Positions 56,292 through 64,000 of a DNA stretch of 64,000 nt are shown one piece after another; position 1 is the stretch's first letter; each line of letters begins with the position of its first letter. Origin of the DNA: an uncultured Bdellovibrionales bacterium (lineage in GTDB: Bacteria > Myxococcota > XYA12-FULL-58-9 > JALHOP01). The stretch covers positions 639,754 through 703,753 of the forward strand of contig CAZAER010000001.1 in assembly GCA_964484195.1 (NCBI GenBank), read 5' to 3'. A program made the translations under genes and the position numbers. Under the pieces are notes generated by a model. It was given only the letters and a program-made list of their open reading frames with translations, had not been told where the DNA came from and ran no database searches.

Positions 56292-59069
56292 ATGCGTCGC
56301 AGCACAATCATCGCCGGCCTGTCGCTCGTCGTCGCGACAGCCGCGTGCAGCTCGTCGAAGCGCACCACGCCTCAGGTAACGACCGGCAAGCCGGTCGACG
56401 CGATCATCGACACGCGGGACGCGCCAGAAGGCAAGCTGCCGGCGTACGCAACGCCCACCGCGTACACCATCGAGCTCGCCATCGATCCCGACCGGGACGC
56501 GTTCGCAGGCAACGTCAGCATCAAGGTGAAGCTCAATGAGCCGCGCGATCACATTTGGATCCATGGCCGAGGCCTGCGGGTCGCCAGCGCCAGCGTCAAG
56601 CTCGCCGACGGCAAGCTGCATCCCGTCCGCTATGGCGAGCTCGAGGGCAAAGGCCTCGCCTATGTCGGCTTCGACAGGACCATCGAGCCGCAGGAGATCG
56701 TTCTTTCGTTCGGCTACGAAGCCACCTACGGCGGTAATCTCGAAGGTCTCTATACCGTCGCGGCGCAAGACAAGCGTTACGCGTTCGCTCAGTTCGAGCC
56801 CATTTCGGCACGCTTGTGCTTTCCCAGCTTCGACGAGCCGCGCTTCAAGACGCCGTTCGACATCACGCTGATCACCCGCCGCGAACACGTGGCGGTGAGC
56901 ACGACCGCCATCGCTTCCGAGCAAGAGAGCGGAACCTTGAAGACCACCCGCTTCAAGGTCACCGAGAAGCTGCCGACCTATCTCATCACCTTCGCGGTCG
57001 GCGAATTCGACGTCGTCGACGGCGGCAAGGTTCCCGCCAATGCGACGCGCAGCGAGCCGCTCCCTCTGCGTGGCATCGCCGTCAAAGGCAAGGGCGCCGG
57101 GCTCAAGGAAGCGCTGGCGACGACGAGCCAGCTCGTCACCGCGCTCGAGACCTACTTCGGCATCGGCTATCCCTTCGGCAAGCTCGACATGATTGCGGTG
57201 CCGGACTTCGCGTACGGCGCCATGGAGAACGTCGGGGCAATCACCTTCCGCGACTTCTTCCTCGTGCTCGACCCGGCGACCGCGACCGTGCTGCAACGTC
57301 GCGAGAGCGCCTACGTCATCGCCCACGAGCTCGCGCACATGTGGTTCGGCAACATCGTCACCCCGGTATGGTGGGACGACATCTGGCTGAACGAAGCATT
57401 CGCCAGCTGGATGGGTCACCGCGTCGTGCAGGCGTGGAACCCGAACCTCGGCGCCAGCCTCGACCGCGTCGACGCCGTCCACCATGCGATGGAGGACGAT
57501 TGGTTGCCGTCGGCCCGCCAGGTGCGCCAGCCGGTGACCACGAACCACGACATCTTCAACGCCTTCGACTCGATCACCTATCAGAAAGGGATGGGGGTGC
57601 TGACGATGTTCGAGAGCTTCGTCGGCGCCGAGCCCTTCCGCAAAGCAGTCCAGATCCACCTGACCAAGTTCCGCTTTGGCAACGCTACAGCGGACGACTT
57701 CTTCGCCTCGGTATCCGAAGGCACCGGAAAAGACGTCGTCGGCGCCATGCGCGGATTCATCGAGCAGAACGGGCTGCCGCTGGTCGAGACCAACGTCCGA
57801 TGCAATGCCGGAGCCGCGGCGCGCCTCTCCATCAAGCAGTCACGCGCTCTGCCCTTGGGCGTCAGCGAGGGAGCGGACCGCGCGTGGCAAATCCCGGTCT
57901 GCGTCCGCTACGAAAGCGGCGGCGCCAGCGCCCGTCAGGAATGCTGGATGCTCGACAAGCCGGACACCAACGTCACGGTGTCTGGGCGCGGCTGTCCAAG
58001 CTGGCTCATGCCGAACGCGCGTGGTGGCGGCTACTACCGCTTCACCATGGACAACACCTCGCTCGACGCCTTGGTCTACGCGGCGACGGTGCGCAAGCTC
58101 GATGGCCCTGAGATCGTAGCGCTCGCGAACAACGTCATCGCCGGTCTGCGCAGCGGCGGAGTCTCGGCGGCGGCGGCGCTGCGGTTCGCCACCAACTTGT
58201 CGGCGTCAGCGGACAGCCGAGTGGCGGGCATTGCGATGCGGGTGGTCGAGACGGTGCGCGACGACATCGCGCCCGACACCTTGGTCACCAACGCGGAGGT
58301 CTTCGGCCGTGAGCTCTACAAGCGGCGCGCCACGAGTATCTTCGTCGTGCCTCCCAAGGAGAGCGACGAAGCGCATCTCACGCGCATCAAGGTCGCCGGC
58401 TTCCTCACGAACGTGGCGCGCGACCCTGGCGTGCGCCAAGAGGCAGCAAAGCGCGGCGAGCAAGCTCTGCAAGCACTCGAACAAGGACAGCCGCTAGCCA
58501 AGATCACCGAGCCCGACATGCTCGCAGTGACGCTCGGCGCCGCCATCGAGGCGGGTGGCCCGTCGACGCACGAGCGCGCCGCGAACCTTCTCGGGAGCGT
58601 GACCGACCCCGTGCTGCGTCGCGAGATCGTGCTCGGCCTCGCCGTGACGCGCGACCCGGCGCTCGCCGACAAGAGCTTGGCCCTGCTGCTCGACCGGCGC
58701 CTGCGCATCAACGAGCTGCAGCGCATGTTCCAGCCCATCGCTGCGCATCGCGAGACCCGCGACCAAGCATGGAAGTGGTTGCAGACGAACTTCGACGCCT
58801 TCTTGGCGCGCGCGAGCCTTGCCGAGCAGTCGGTGCTCCCACAGCACGTGGAAACACTCTGCAGCCCGGAGGCCGTCGAGAGTGTCGACGCATTCTTTGC
58901 GCCGCGCCTGGGCTCCATCGCCGGCGGCCCGCGCTCGTTGACCCTCGCCAAGGACACCATCGCAGCCTGTGCCGCGATGGCGAACAGTCAGCGCGAGAGT
59001 GCCGAGAAGTTCCTCGGCACCATCAAGGTGCAGCAGGCCGCTCTCAACACGGCCCAGAAGACGCCTTAG
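56292..59069 (+). CDS. M1-family aminopeptidase N (lipoprotein)
   Basis: Lipobox VVATAACS. GAMEN exopeptidase motif, HELAHMWFGN (HEXXH) and WLNEAFASW. Confidence 0.85.
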   Translation: MRRSTIIAGLSLVVATAACSSSKRTTPQVTTGKPVDAIIDTRDAPEGKLPAYATPTAYTIELAIDPDRDAFAGNVSIKVKLNEPRDHIWIHGRGLRVASASVKLADGKLHPVRYGELEGKGLAYVGFDRTIEPQEIVLSFGYEATYGGNLEGLYTVAAQDKRYAFAQFEPISARLCFPSFDEPRFKTPFDITLITRREHVAVSTTAIASEQESGTLKTTRFKVTEKLPTYLITFAVGEFDVVDGGKVPANATRSEPLPLRGIAVKGKGAGLKEALATTSQLVTALETYFGIGYPFGKLDMIAVPDFAYGAMENVGAITFRDFFLVLDPATATVLQRRESAYVIAHELAHMWFGNIVTPVWWDDIWLNEAFASWMGHRVVQAWNPNLGASLDRVDAVHHAMEDDWLPSARQVRQPVTTNHDIFNAFDSITYQKGMGVLTMFESFVGAEPFRKAVQIHLTKFRFGNATADDFFASVSEGTGKDVVGAMRGFIEQNGLPLVETNVRCNAGAAARLSIKQSRALPLGVSEGADRAWQIPVCVRYESGGASARQECWMLDKPDTNVTVSGRGCPSWLMPNARGGGYYRFTMDNTSLDALVYAATVRKLDGPEIVALANNVIAGLRSGGVSAAAALRFATNLSASADSRVAGIAMRVVETVRDDIAPDTLVTNAEVFGRELYKRRATSIFVVPPKESDEAHLTRIKVAGFLTNVARDPGVRQEAAKRGEQALQALEQGQPLAKITEPDMLAVTLGAAIEAGGPSTHERAANLLGSVTDPVLRREIVLGLAVTRDPALADKSLALLLDRRLRINELQRMFQPIAAHRETRDQAWKWLQTNFDAFLARASLAEQSVLPQHVETLCSPEAVESVDAFFAPRLGSIAGGPRSLTLAKDTIAACAAMANSQRESAEKFLGTIKVQQAALNTAQKTP

Positions 59070-60067
59070 ATACGGACGGGAACGCCGCCCTCTTCGAGGC
59101 TGTGTGTCGCCGCGGCGAGCGCTTCGACGACGCGTAGACCGTTGCGCCCATCGGTGCGCGGCCGGCGGCCCTGGTCGACGACCTGCAGGAACTCGGCGGT
59201 TTGCAACATGATGGGCTCGTCGGTCGCGAGCCGCGGCACCAGGATGTCGCCGGTGCGCTGCGACATCTGGAACTCGCCGAAGCTCTCGTGCTCCTTCGGC
59301 TCGCTGCCGCGATCATAGATGCGAACCTTCTCGACCGCTTCCATGTCGTCGTACACCACCATCTTCTTTTCGCCGACGACGGTCGTGCGTCGCAGCTTCG
59401 AGGGCGCGAGCCAGCTCACCTCGAGGTGCGCGACGACTCCCGAGCCGAACTCGATGGAGATGAAAGCGACGTCGGTGACGCCGCGACGCGAGTAGTCCTT
59501 GCCCACTGCCGAGATGATGGTCGGCGCCTCGTCGAGCCAGTTGAAGAGAATCGAGAAGTCGTGTGGCGCGAGCTCCCAGACGACGCTGGTGTTCGGGCGC
59601 GACACGCCCAAGTTCACGCGCTGACTGGACATGAAGAAGATCTGGCCGAGCTCGCCGGCGCGGATGAGCTCGCCCACCTTGGCGACCGCGGGGCTGTACT
59701 CGAGCGTGTGTCCGACCATGAGATGCCGGCCGGCACGCTCGGCCTGATCGACGAGGCGGCGAGCCTGCTCGACGGACTGGCAGAGAGGCTTCTCCACGAA
59801 GACATGTTTGCCGGCGTCGAGGGCGCGGCGCGCAAGGTCGTAGTGGGTGGTGACTGGGGTCGCCAGCACGATGCCGTCGACGTTGCTCTTCAACACTGCA
59901 TCGAAGTCGCTGGTCAGCTTGGCTTGCGGGAAACGCGCACCGATCCATTCGAGACGAGAACGGTCGCTATCGCAGACCGTGAGCTCAGCGCAGGCACGCT
60001 GCGCCGCGAACGAACGGACGAGATTCGGACCCCAGAAACCGGCACCAACGATGGCAATCTTGGCCAT
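59066..60067 (-). CDS. Gfo/Idh/MocA-family NAD-dependent sugar oxidoreductase
   Basis: Rossmann motif IAIVGAGFWG. Genomic context is sugar-nucleotide modification. Confidence 0.8.
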   Translation of the reverse strand: MAKIAIVGAGFWGPNLVRSFAAQRACAELTVCDSDRSRLEWIGARFPQAKLTSDFDAVLKSNVDGIVLATPVTTHYDLARRALDAGKHVFVEKPLCQSVEQARRLVDQAERAGRHLMVGHTLEYSPAVAKVGELIRAGELGQIFFMSSQRVNLGVSRPNTSVVWELAPHDFSILFNWLDEAPTIISAVGKDYSRRGVTDVAFISIEFGSGVVAHLEVSWLAPSKLRRTTVVGEKKMVVYDDMEAVEKVRIYDRGSEPKEHESFGEFQMSQRTGDILVPRLATDEPIMLQTAEFLQVVDQGRRPRTDGRNGLRVVEALAAATHSLEEGGVPVRI

Positions 60068-60070
60068 GGA

Positions 60071-61189
60071 CTAGCTCCCGGCGCGTGCATGCGCGCGTAC
60101 GACGCGCACCACGCGATCGACTTGTGATTCGGACAGCTCGGGGAACATCGGTAACGACAGGACGCGTTCGGCAACTCGCTCGGTGACCGGCAAGGCACCT
60201 TTACCTTGGCCGGACCCAGCATATGCGGGCTGCAGGTGGAGAGGCAGACCGTAGTGAACACCGTGACCGATGCGCTCGGCGTCGAGTGCTTTCTGGAGAC
60301 GCTCGCGCTGCTCGGCCTGGATGACGTAGAGGTGGTAAACGTGCGATGCGTTATTGCGGACGACCGGAGTCGTCACGCCTTGCACATCCGCTAGCTGCGC
60401 ATCGTACATGGCCGCGATGGCGGCACGGCGGGCGTTCCAGTCCTTGAGGTGGCGGAGCTTGAGGTTCAACGCCATCGCCTGGATGGAGTCGAGGCGGCTG
60501 TTGTATCCGGGCTCGGCGTGCTCGTAGCGCCCCAGACGACCGTGATTCGCGAGCCGGCGAGCGCGCTCGAGGACGTCCCCCGCGGGACCGGTGATGGCGC
60601 CGGCGTCGCCGATCGCTCCGAGGTTTTTGGTCGGATAGAACGAGAACGCGGCGAGGTCGCCGAGCGAGCCGGCGGTGCGGCCATGGTCGGTGGCGCCATG
60701 GGCTTGCGCGGCGTCTTCGAGGACCTTCCAGCCCTGCTTCTTGGCGAGCGCCATGATGGGCTGCATGTCGGCGCACTGGCCGAACAGGTGCACCGGGATG
60801 ACGGCCTTCACGTTGGTGGGGTCGGCCTTGGCGAGGGTCTCGGCAGTGATGGTGTAGGTGCGCGGGTCGACCTCGACGAAGCGCGGCGTCGCACCGAGAA
60901 TACTGACCGCTTCAGCGGTCGCGACGAACGTGAACGAAGGCACCAAGACGACGTCGCCGGGTCCGATGCCCAAAGCTTTGAGAGCGACGAAAAGCGCGTC
61001 GGTGCCGTTGGCGACGCCAACGCACTTGTCGGCACCACAGAAGCGCGCGAAGTCACCTTCGAAGCTTTCCACGTGTTTGCCGCCGATGAAGCCGGTGGTT
61101 TGGACGGCCTGCGCGAAACCGTCGGCCAACGCGGCGGCGAGCGCTTGGTGCGGACGTGAGAGGTCTAGGAATGGGACCGGCTCGGACAT
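60071..61189 (-). CDS. DegT/DnrJ/EryC1/StrS-family sugar aminotransferase
   Basis: PLP-lysine region SFYPTKNLG and overall family pattern. Confidence 0.85.
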   Translation of the reverse strand: MSEPVPFLDLSRPHQALAAALADGFAQAVQTTGFIGGKHVESFEGDFARFCGADKCVGVANGTDALFVALKALGIGPGDVVLVPSFTFVATAEAVSILGATPRFVEVDPRTYTITAETLAKADPTNVKAVIPVHLFGQCADMQPIMALAKKQGWKVLEDAAQAHGATDHGRTAGSLGDLAAFSFYPTKNLGAIGDAGAITGPAGDVLERARRLANHGRLGRYEHAEPGYNSRLDSIQAMALNLKLRHLKDWNARRAAIAAMYDAQLADVQGVTTPVVRNNASHVYHLYVIQAEQRERLQKALDAERIGHGVHYGLPLHLQPAYAGSGQGKGALPVTERVAERVLSLPMFPELSESQVDRVVRVVRAHARAGS

Positions 61190-61240
61190 TGGAGGCCGCG
61201 TCTTAGCAAAATGGGTCGAGTCAGACCAGGGTCGCAGCGA

Positions 61241-62647
61241 CTAGTACGCGTTGCGCGAAAGGAAACCGCCGCATACCGTGCGCAGCAGGATCTTCAAGTC
61301 GAGCAGGATGGACCAGTTCTCGATGTAGTACAGGTCGAGCTCGATGCGCTTCTCGATGCTGGTGTTGCCGCGCATGCCATTGACCTGGGCCCAGCCGGTC
61401 ATGCCCGCCTTGATCTTGTGACGCAGGGCGTAGCGCGGGATCTCGCGCTTGAAGTCTTCGATGAAACACGGACGCTCGGGACGCGGACCGACGAGGCTCA
61501 TGTCGCCGCGCAGAACGTTCCAAAGCTGAGGCAGCTCGTCGAGCGAGAGCGTCCGCAGAAAAGCACCGATGGCGGTGCGGCGCGGGTCGCCGGGCTCGGT
61601 CATGCGGGCGCCGTCGACTTCGGCATCGGCGCGCATGGTGCGGAACTTGTACATGGTGAACGTACGGCCATCCATGCCGACGCGTTCCTGGGCGTACAGG
61701 ACGGGGCCTCGTCCGCTGAAGCGAACGATGAGCGCGATGATGGCGAGCAACGGCGCGCCAGCCAGGAGCCCGAGCGCGGCCATCGAAGTGTCGAAGAGGC
61801 GCTTGATCACCAAGTTCCAGCCGACCAGCGGCGTCGCTTGCAGGTTGATCAACGGCAGACCGGCGAACTCGTCGACGCCGCCGCACAGGGTCATGTACTG
61901 GTAGAAGTCGGGAATGACGCGGACGTCGACCGTCTCCTGCGAGAGCGTCGCCATGATGGTCTTGAGGGCGCCGAGCTGCTCGATGGGGAGCGCGACGAGC
62001 ACCTGGTCGATGGTGCCGTAGCTCAAAATCTTCGAGAGGTTCCCCACGGTGCCGCAGACCGGGATGCTGTCGATCATCTCGCCGATGCGGCCACGCTCGT
62101 CGTCGAGCGCGATGATGCCGGAGACGCGCAGGCCGAGCGACTGATGCTGACCGACCGTGTAGACCACGCGTTGCGCGAGCTGACCGGTGCCGACCACGAG
62201 CACGTGGCGCAGGTTGTAACCATGCGCGCGCAAGATGCCGAGGCCGCCGCGCGATGTGACGCGCACGAGCGAGACCATCGCGAACGACGAGGCGCTCCAC
62301 AACACGAGGACGCCACGCGAGAAACGAACGTCGCGCACGAAGTACGTGAAGGTGACGATCACCAAGAAGCTGATGAGCGCGACCTTGAAGCAGTCGAAGA
62401 CTTCGCTGGTGATGCTGCGCGTGCGGCGGCTGACGTACAGGCCGCTCGCCCAGCCGACGACCGGCCAAACGAAGATGAGCGCGGCGCCAACCCAGAGAGT
62501 CTCGTTGACGGGCGAGACCTCTTGGAACGGCATGAGCTCGGGGAACGAGAAGCGAAGCCAGTGCGCGCCATAGAACGCCAGGGCGACGAGGAGTGCGTCG
62601 CGGACGACTTGGACGGATTGGAAGAATCTATGGTGTCGACGCAGCAT
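61241..62647 (-). CDS. polyprenyl-phosphate sugar phosphotransferase (WbaP/EpsB-like bacterial sugar transferase)
   Basis: N-terminal transmembrane region and C-terminal catalytic domain (...DELPQLWNVLRGDMSLVGPRP...). Confidence 0.8.
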   Translation of the reverse strand: MLRRHHRFFQSVQVVRDALLVALAFYGAHWLRFSFPELMPFQEVSPVNETLWVGAALIFVWPVVGWASGLYVSRRTRSITSEVFDCFKVALISFLVIVTFTYFVRDVRFSRGVLVLWSASSFAMVSLVRVTSRGGLGILRAHGYNLRHVLVVGTGQLAQRVVYTVGQHQSLGLRVSGIIALDDERGRIGEMIDSIPVCGTVGNLSKILSYGTIDQVLVALPIEQLGALKTIMATLSQETVDVRVIPDFYQYMTLCGGVDEFAGLPLINLQATPLVGWNLVIKRLFDTSMAALGLLAGAPLLAIIALIVRFSGRGPVLYAQERVGMDGRTFTMYKFRTMRADAEVDGARMTEPGDPRRTAIGAFLRTLSLDELPQLWNVLRGDMSLVGPRPERPCFIEDFKREIPRYALRHKIKAGMTGWAQVNGMRGNTSIEKRIELDLYYIENWSILLDLKILLRTVCGGFLSRNAY

Positions 62648-62779
62648 GCTTGAGGTGAGACGCGGACTAGGCCCGCCCTCTTTCACGCGCAAGCGTTTAG
62701 CAACTTGCACGCCGAACGGCAAAGCCCCGTTTTCGCGTAGGATCGGGGATTGTTGCCGCCATCTGCTGCGACATTTGTG

Positions 62780-63883
62780 TCATACTGGTCGCTCATAGGC
62801 GACATTGTGGGACCTGAGGACAGCCTGCATCTCGAGGTGAAAACGGCGGGCCGAGAAGGTTTCCGCATGGTTTTCCAGGGTCTGGCGGTCGAAATCGATG
62901 GCCTCGCAACGCTCGATAGCGGCGAGGAGCGAGCGCGGCTCCGGGCTGTCGAATAAGACCCCTGTCACCCCGTCAACGACCGTTTCCAGTGCCCCGCCCT
63001 TCGCCAACGCCACCACGGGGCAGCCGGCCGCCTGAGCCTCGACCGGGACGATGCCGAAGTCCTCGACGCCGCAGAACAGTAGCGCCTTGGCGGACGCGTA
63101 GGCCTCACGAAGTGCCTTGGCCGAGGCGTTCGAGAGGAAGCGCACCTTGCCTTTGGCGATGCGCTCGAGACGGGCGAGCTCCGAGCCTACGCCGATCACC
63201 GTGAGCGGCAGCCCCTCGCGAGCCGCCGCGGTGACCGCGACCTCGACGCGTTTGTAGGGAACGAGCGCGCTCACCACGAGATAGCCCTCGCGCTTGCGCT
63301 CCGGCGCCTGGCGGAAGAAGTCGGTGGTCACCGGCGGGTGAACGACGCGCGATTCGCGCTGCCAAACCCGCGCGATGCGCTCGGCGACGTAGTTGCTGTT
63401 GGCGACGAGCTCCGTGGGGCGCGCGGCGCTCATTACGTCCCAGCGGCGCAGGGGCGATACCGCCATAGTGACCGCTTTGACGGTCATGCGCGTATCGGCC
63501 CACGGCGGAATGTAGGTCGGGAGCTGGTCCCAGAGATAGCGCATCGGCGTGTGGACGTACGCGACGTGCGTGCCCTGGGTGATGACGCCCTTGGCTACAC
63601 AATGGCTCGTCGACAGCACGACGTCGTACTTCGACAAGTCGAAGGCCTCGATGGCTTTGGGAAAGAGCGGCAAGTAGCGGCGAAAACGCCGCGGCACGCC
63701 CGGCAAGCTCTGGATGAGGCTGACGCGGATGTCGCGCGACGTGAGCTCCGCGTGCACGTCACGGGGGTCGTAAACGAGCGTGTAGATCGGCGCCGAAGGA
63801 AAGGCGCGCGCCAGCTCGAGCAGCACTTGCTCGCCGCCGCGGTGCGCCACCAACCAGTCGTGCACGAGAGCAACACGGGTCAC
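62780..63883 (-). CDS. glycosyltransferase family 4 (GT-B, group 1)
   Basis: GTG start. C-terminal motifs E..G..VVE.QAAG.PVVA are typical of GT4. Confidence 0.8.
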   Translation of the reverse strand: MTRVALVHDWLVAHRGGEQVLLELARAFPSAPIYTLVYDPRDVHAELTSRDIRVSLIQSLPGVPRRFRRYLPLFPKAIEAFDLSKYDVVLSTSHCVAKGVITQGTHVAYVHTPMRYLWDQLPTYIPPWADTRMTVKAVTMAVSPLRRWDVMSAARPTELVANSNYVAERIARVWQRESRVVHPPVTTDFFRQAPERKREGYLVVSALVPYKRVEVAVTAAAREGLPLTVIGVGSELARLERIAKGKVRFLSNASAKALREAYASAKALLFCGVEDFGIVPVEAQAAGCPVVALAKGGALETVVDGVTGVLFDSPEPRSLLAAIERCEAIDFDRQTLENHAETFSARRFHLEMQAVLRSHNVAYERPV

Positions 63884-64000
63884 GCGAGTCGCGGCCCCCG
63901 AACCACCGGCTCGTCGATGAGCCCGAGCACCACTCCGATGGCACCGGCGAACGCCAGAGCGACCGAGTTGTGGTACAGCAGATCGTGCGTCAGCCCGACC
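63880..64000 (-). CDS. 3' end of an upstream polysaccharide-cluster membrane protein (partial)
   Basis: Frame ...DLLYHNSVALAFAGAIGVVLGLIDEPVVRGPRLA stops with a GTGA overlap to the GT4 start. The gene runs off the window. Confidence 0.3.
   Translation of the reverse strand, partial: VGLTHDLLYHNSVALAFAGAIGVVLGLIDEPVVRGPRLA

Noticed and set aside
1-64000. CRISPR arrays, rRNA genes, transposases or IS elements
   Set aside because: No regularly spaced direct repeats of 24-48 bp, no 16S or 23S signatures, and no DDE or IS-type transposase ORFs were seen anywhere in the window.

Overview
This is a high-GC (roughly 70%) bacterial chromosomal window, probably from a myxobacterium or similar deltaproteobacterium. 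Part of it is a conserved core that I can annotate with reasonable confidence. It includes the phosphate transport genes pstC-pstA-pstB-phoU, the RNase E/G gene rne, a block of translationally coupled genes on the minus strand (cysteine desulfurase, mnmA, rnc, era, der), a CCA-adding enzyme, an IHF-beta-like gene, a LysR regulator, clpP, an aminopeptidase N-type lipoprotein, and a polysaccharide biosynthesis cluster at the 3' end. Three regions deserve more attention. (1) A roughly 12.4 kb integrative element sits in a tRNA-Arg(CCU) gene and is bounded by a 23-bp direct repeat. It carries a P4-type integrase, an AlpA-type regulator, a zinc-finger/Toprim primase and a DUF3987-like protein. Near its right end is a low-GC cassette encoding an Abi-like protein and a HEPN-motif protein, which I read as a candidate and possibly undescribed anti-phage module. 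(2) Two divergent thermolysin-like (family M4) metallopeptidase paralogs lie in tandem. Neither has a signal peptide. Transcribed in the opposite direction next to them is an operon of secreted or lipoprotein genes with BNR and discoidin-like domains. (3) A metalloid-resistance islet encodes arsR, arsI, an internally deleted acr3 remnant and arsC, next to an ECF sigma factor, a putative anti-sigma membrane protein and a 42-codon secreted cysteine-rich peptide. I also flag several palindromic or repeat elements: a triple palindrome terminator array, a 13-bp inverted repeat hairpin, a cluster of DnaA-box-like motifs, and GACGGTAAC arm-type repeats. I found no CRISPR arrays and no rRNA genes. Many long ORFs in the six-frame track are antisense artefacts typical of high-GC DNA, and I list them under rejections. 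All functional calls come from motif and family recognition by eye; no database searches were run.
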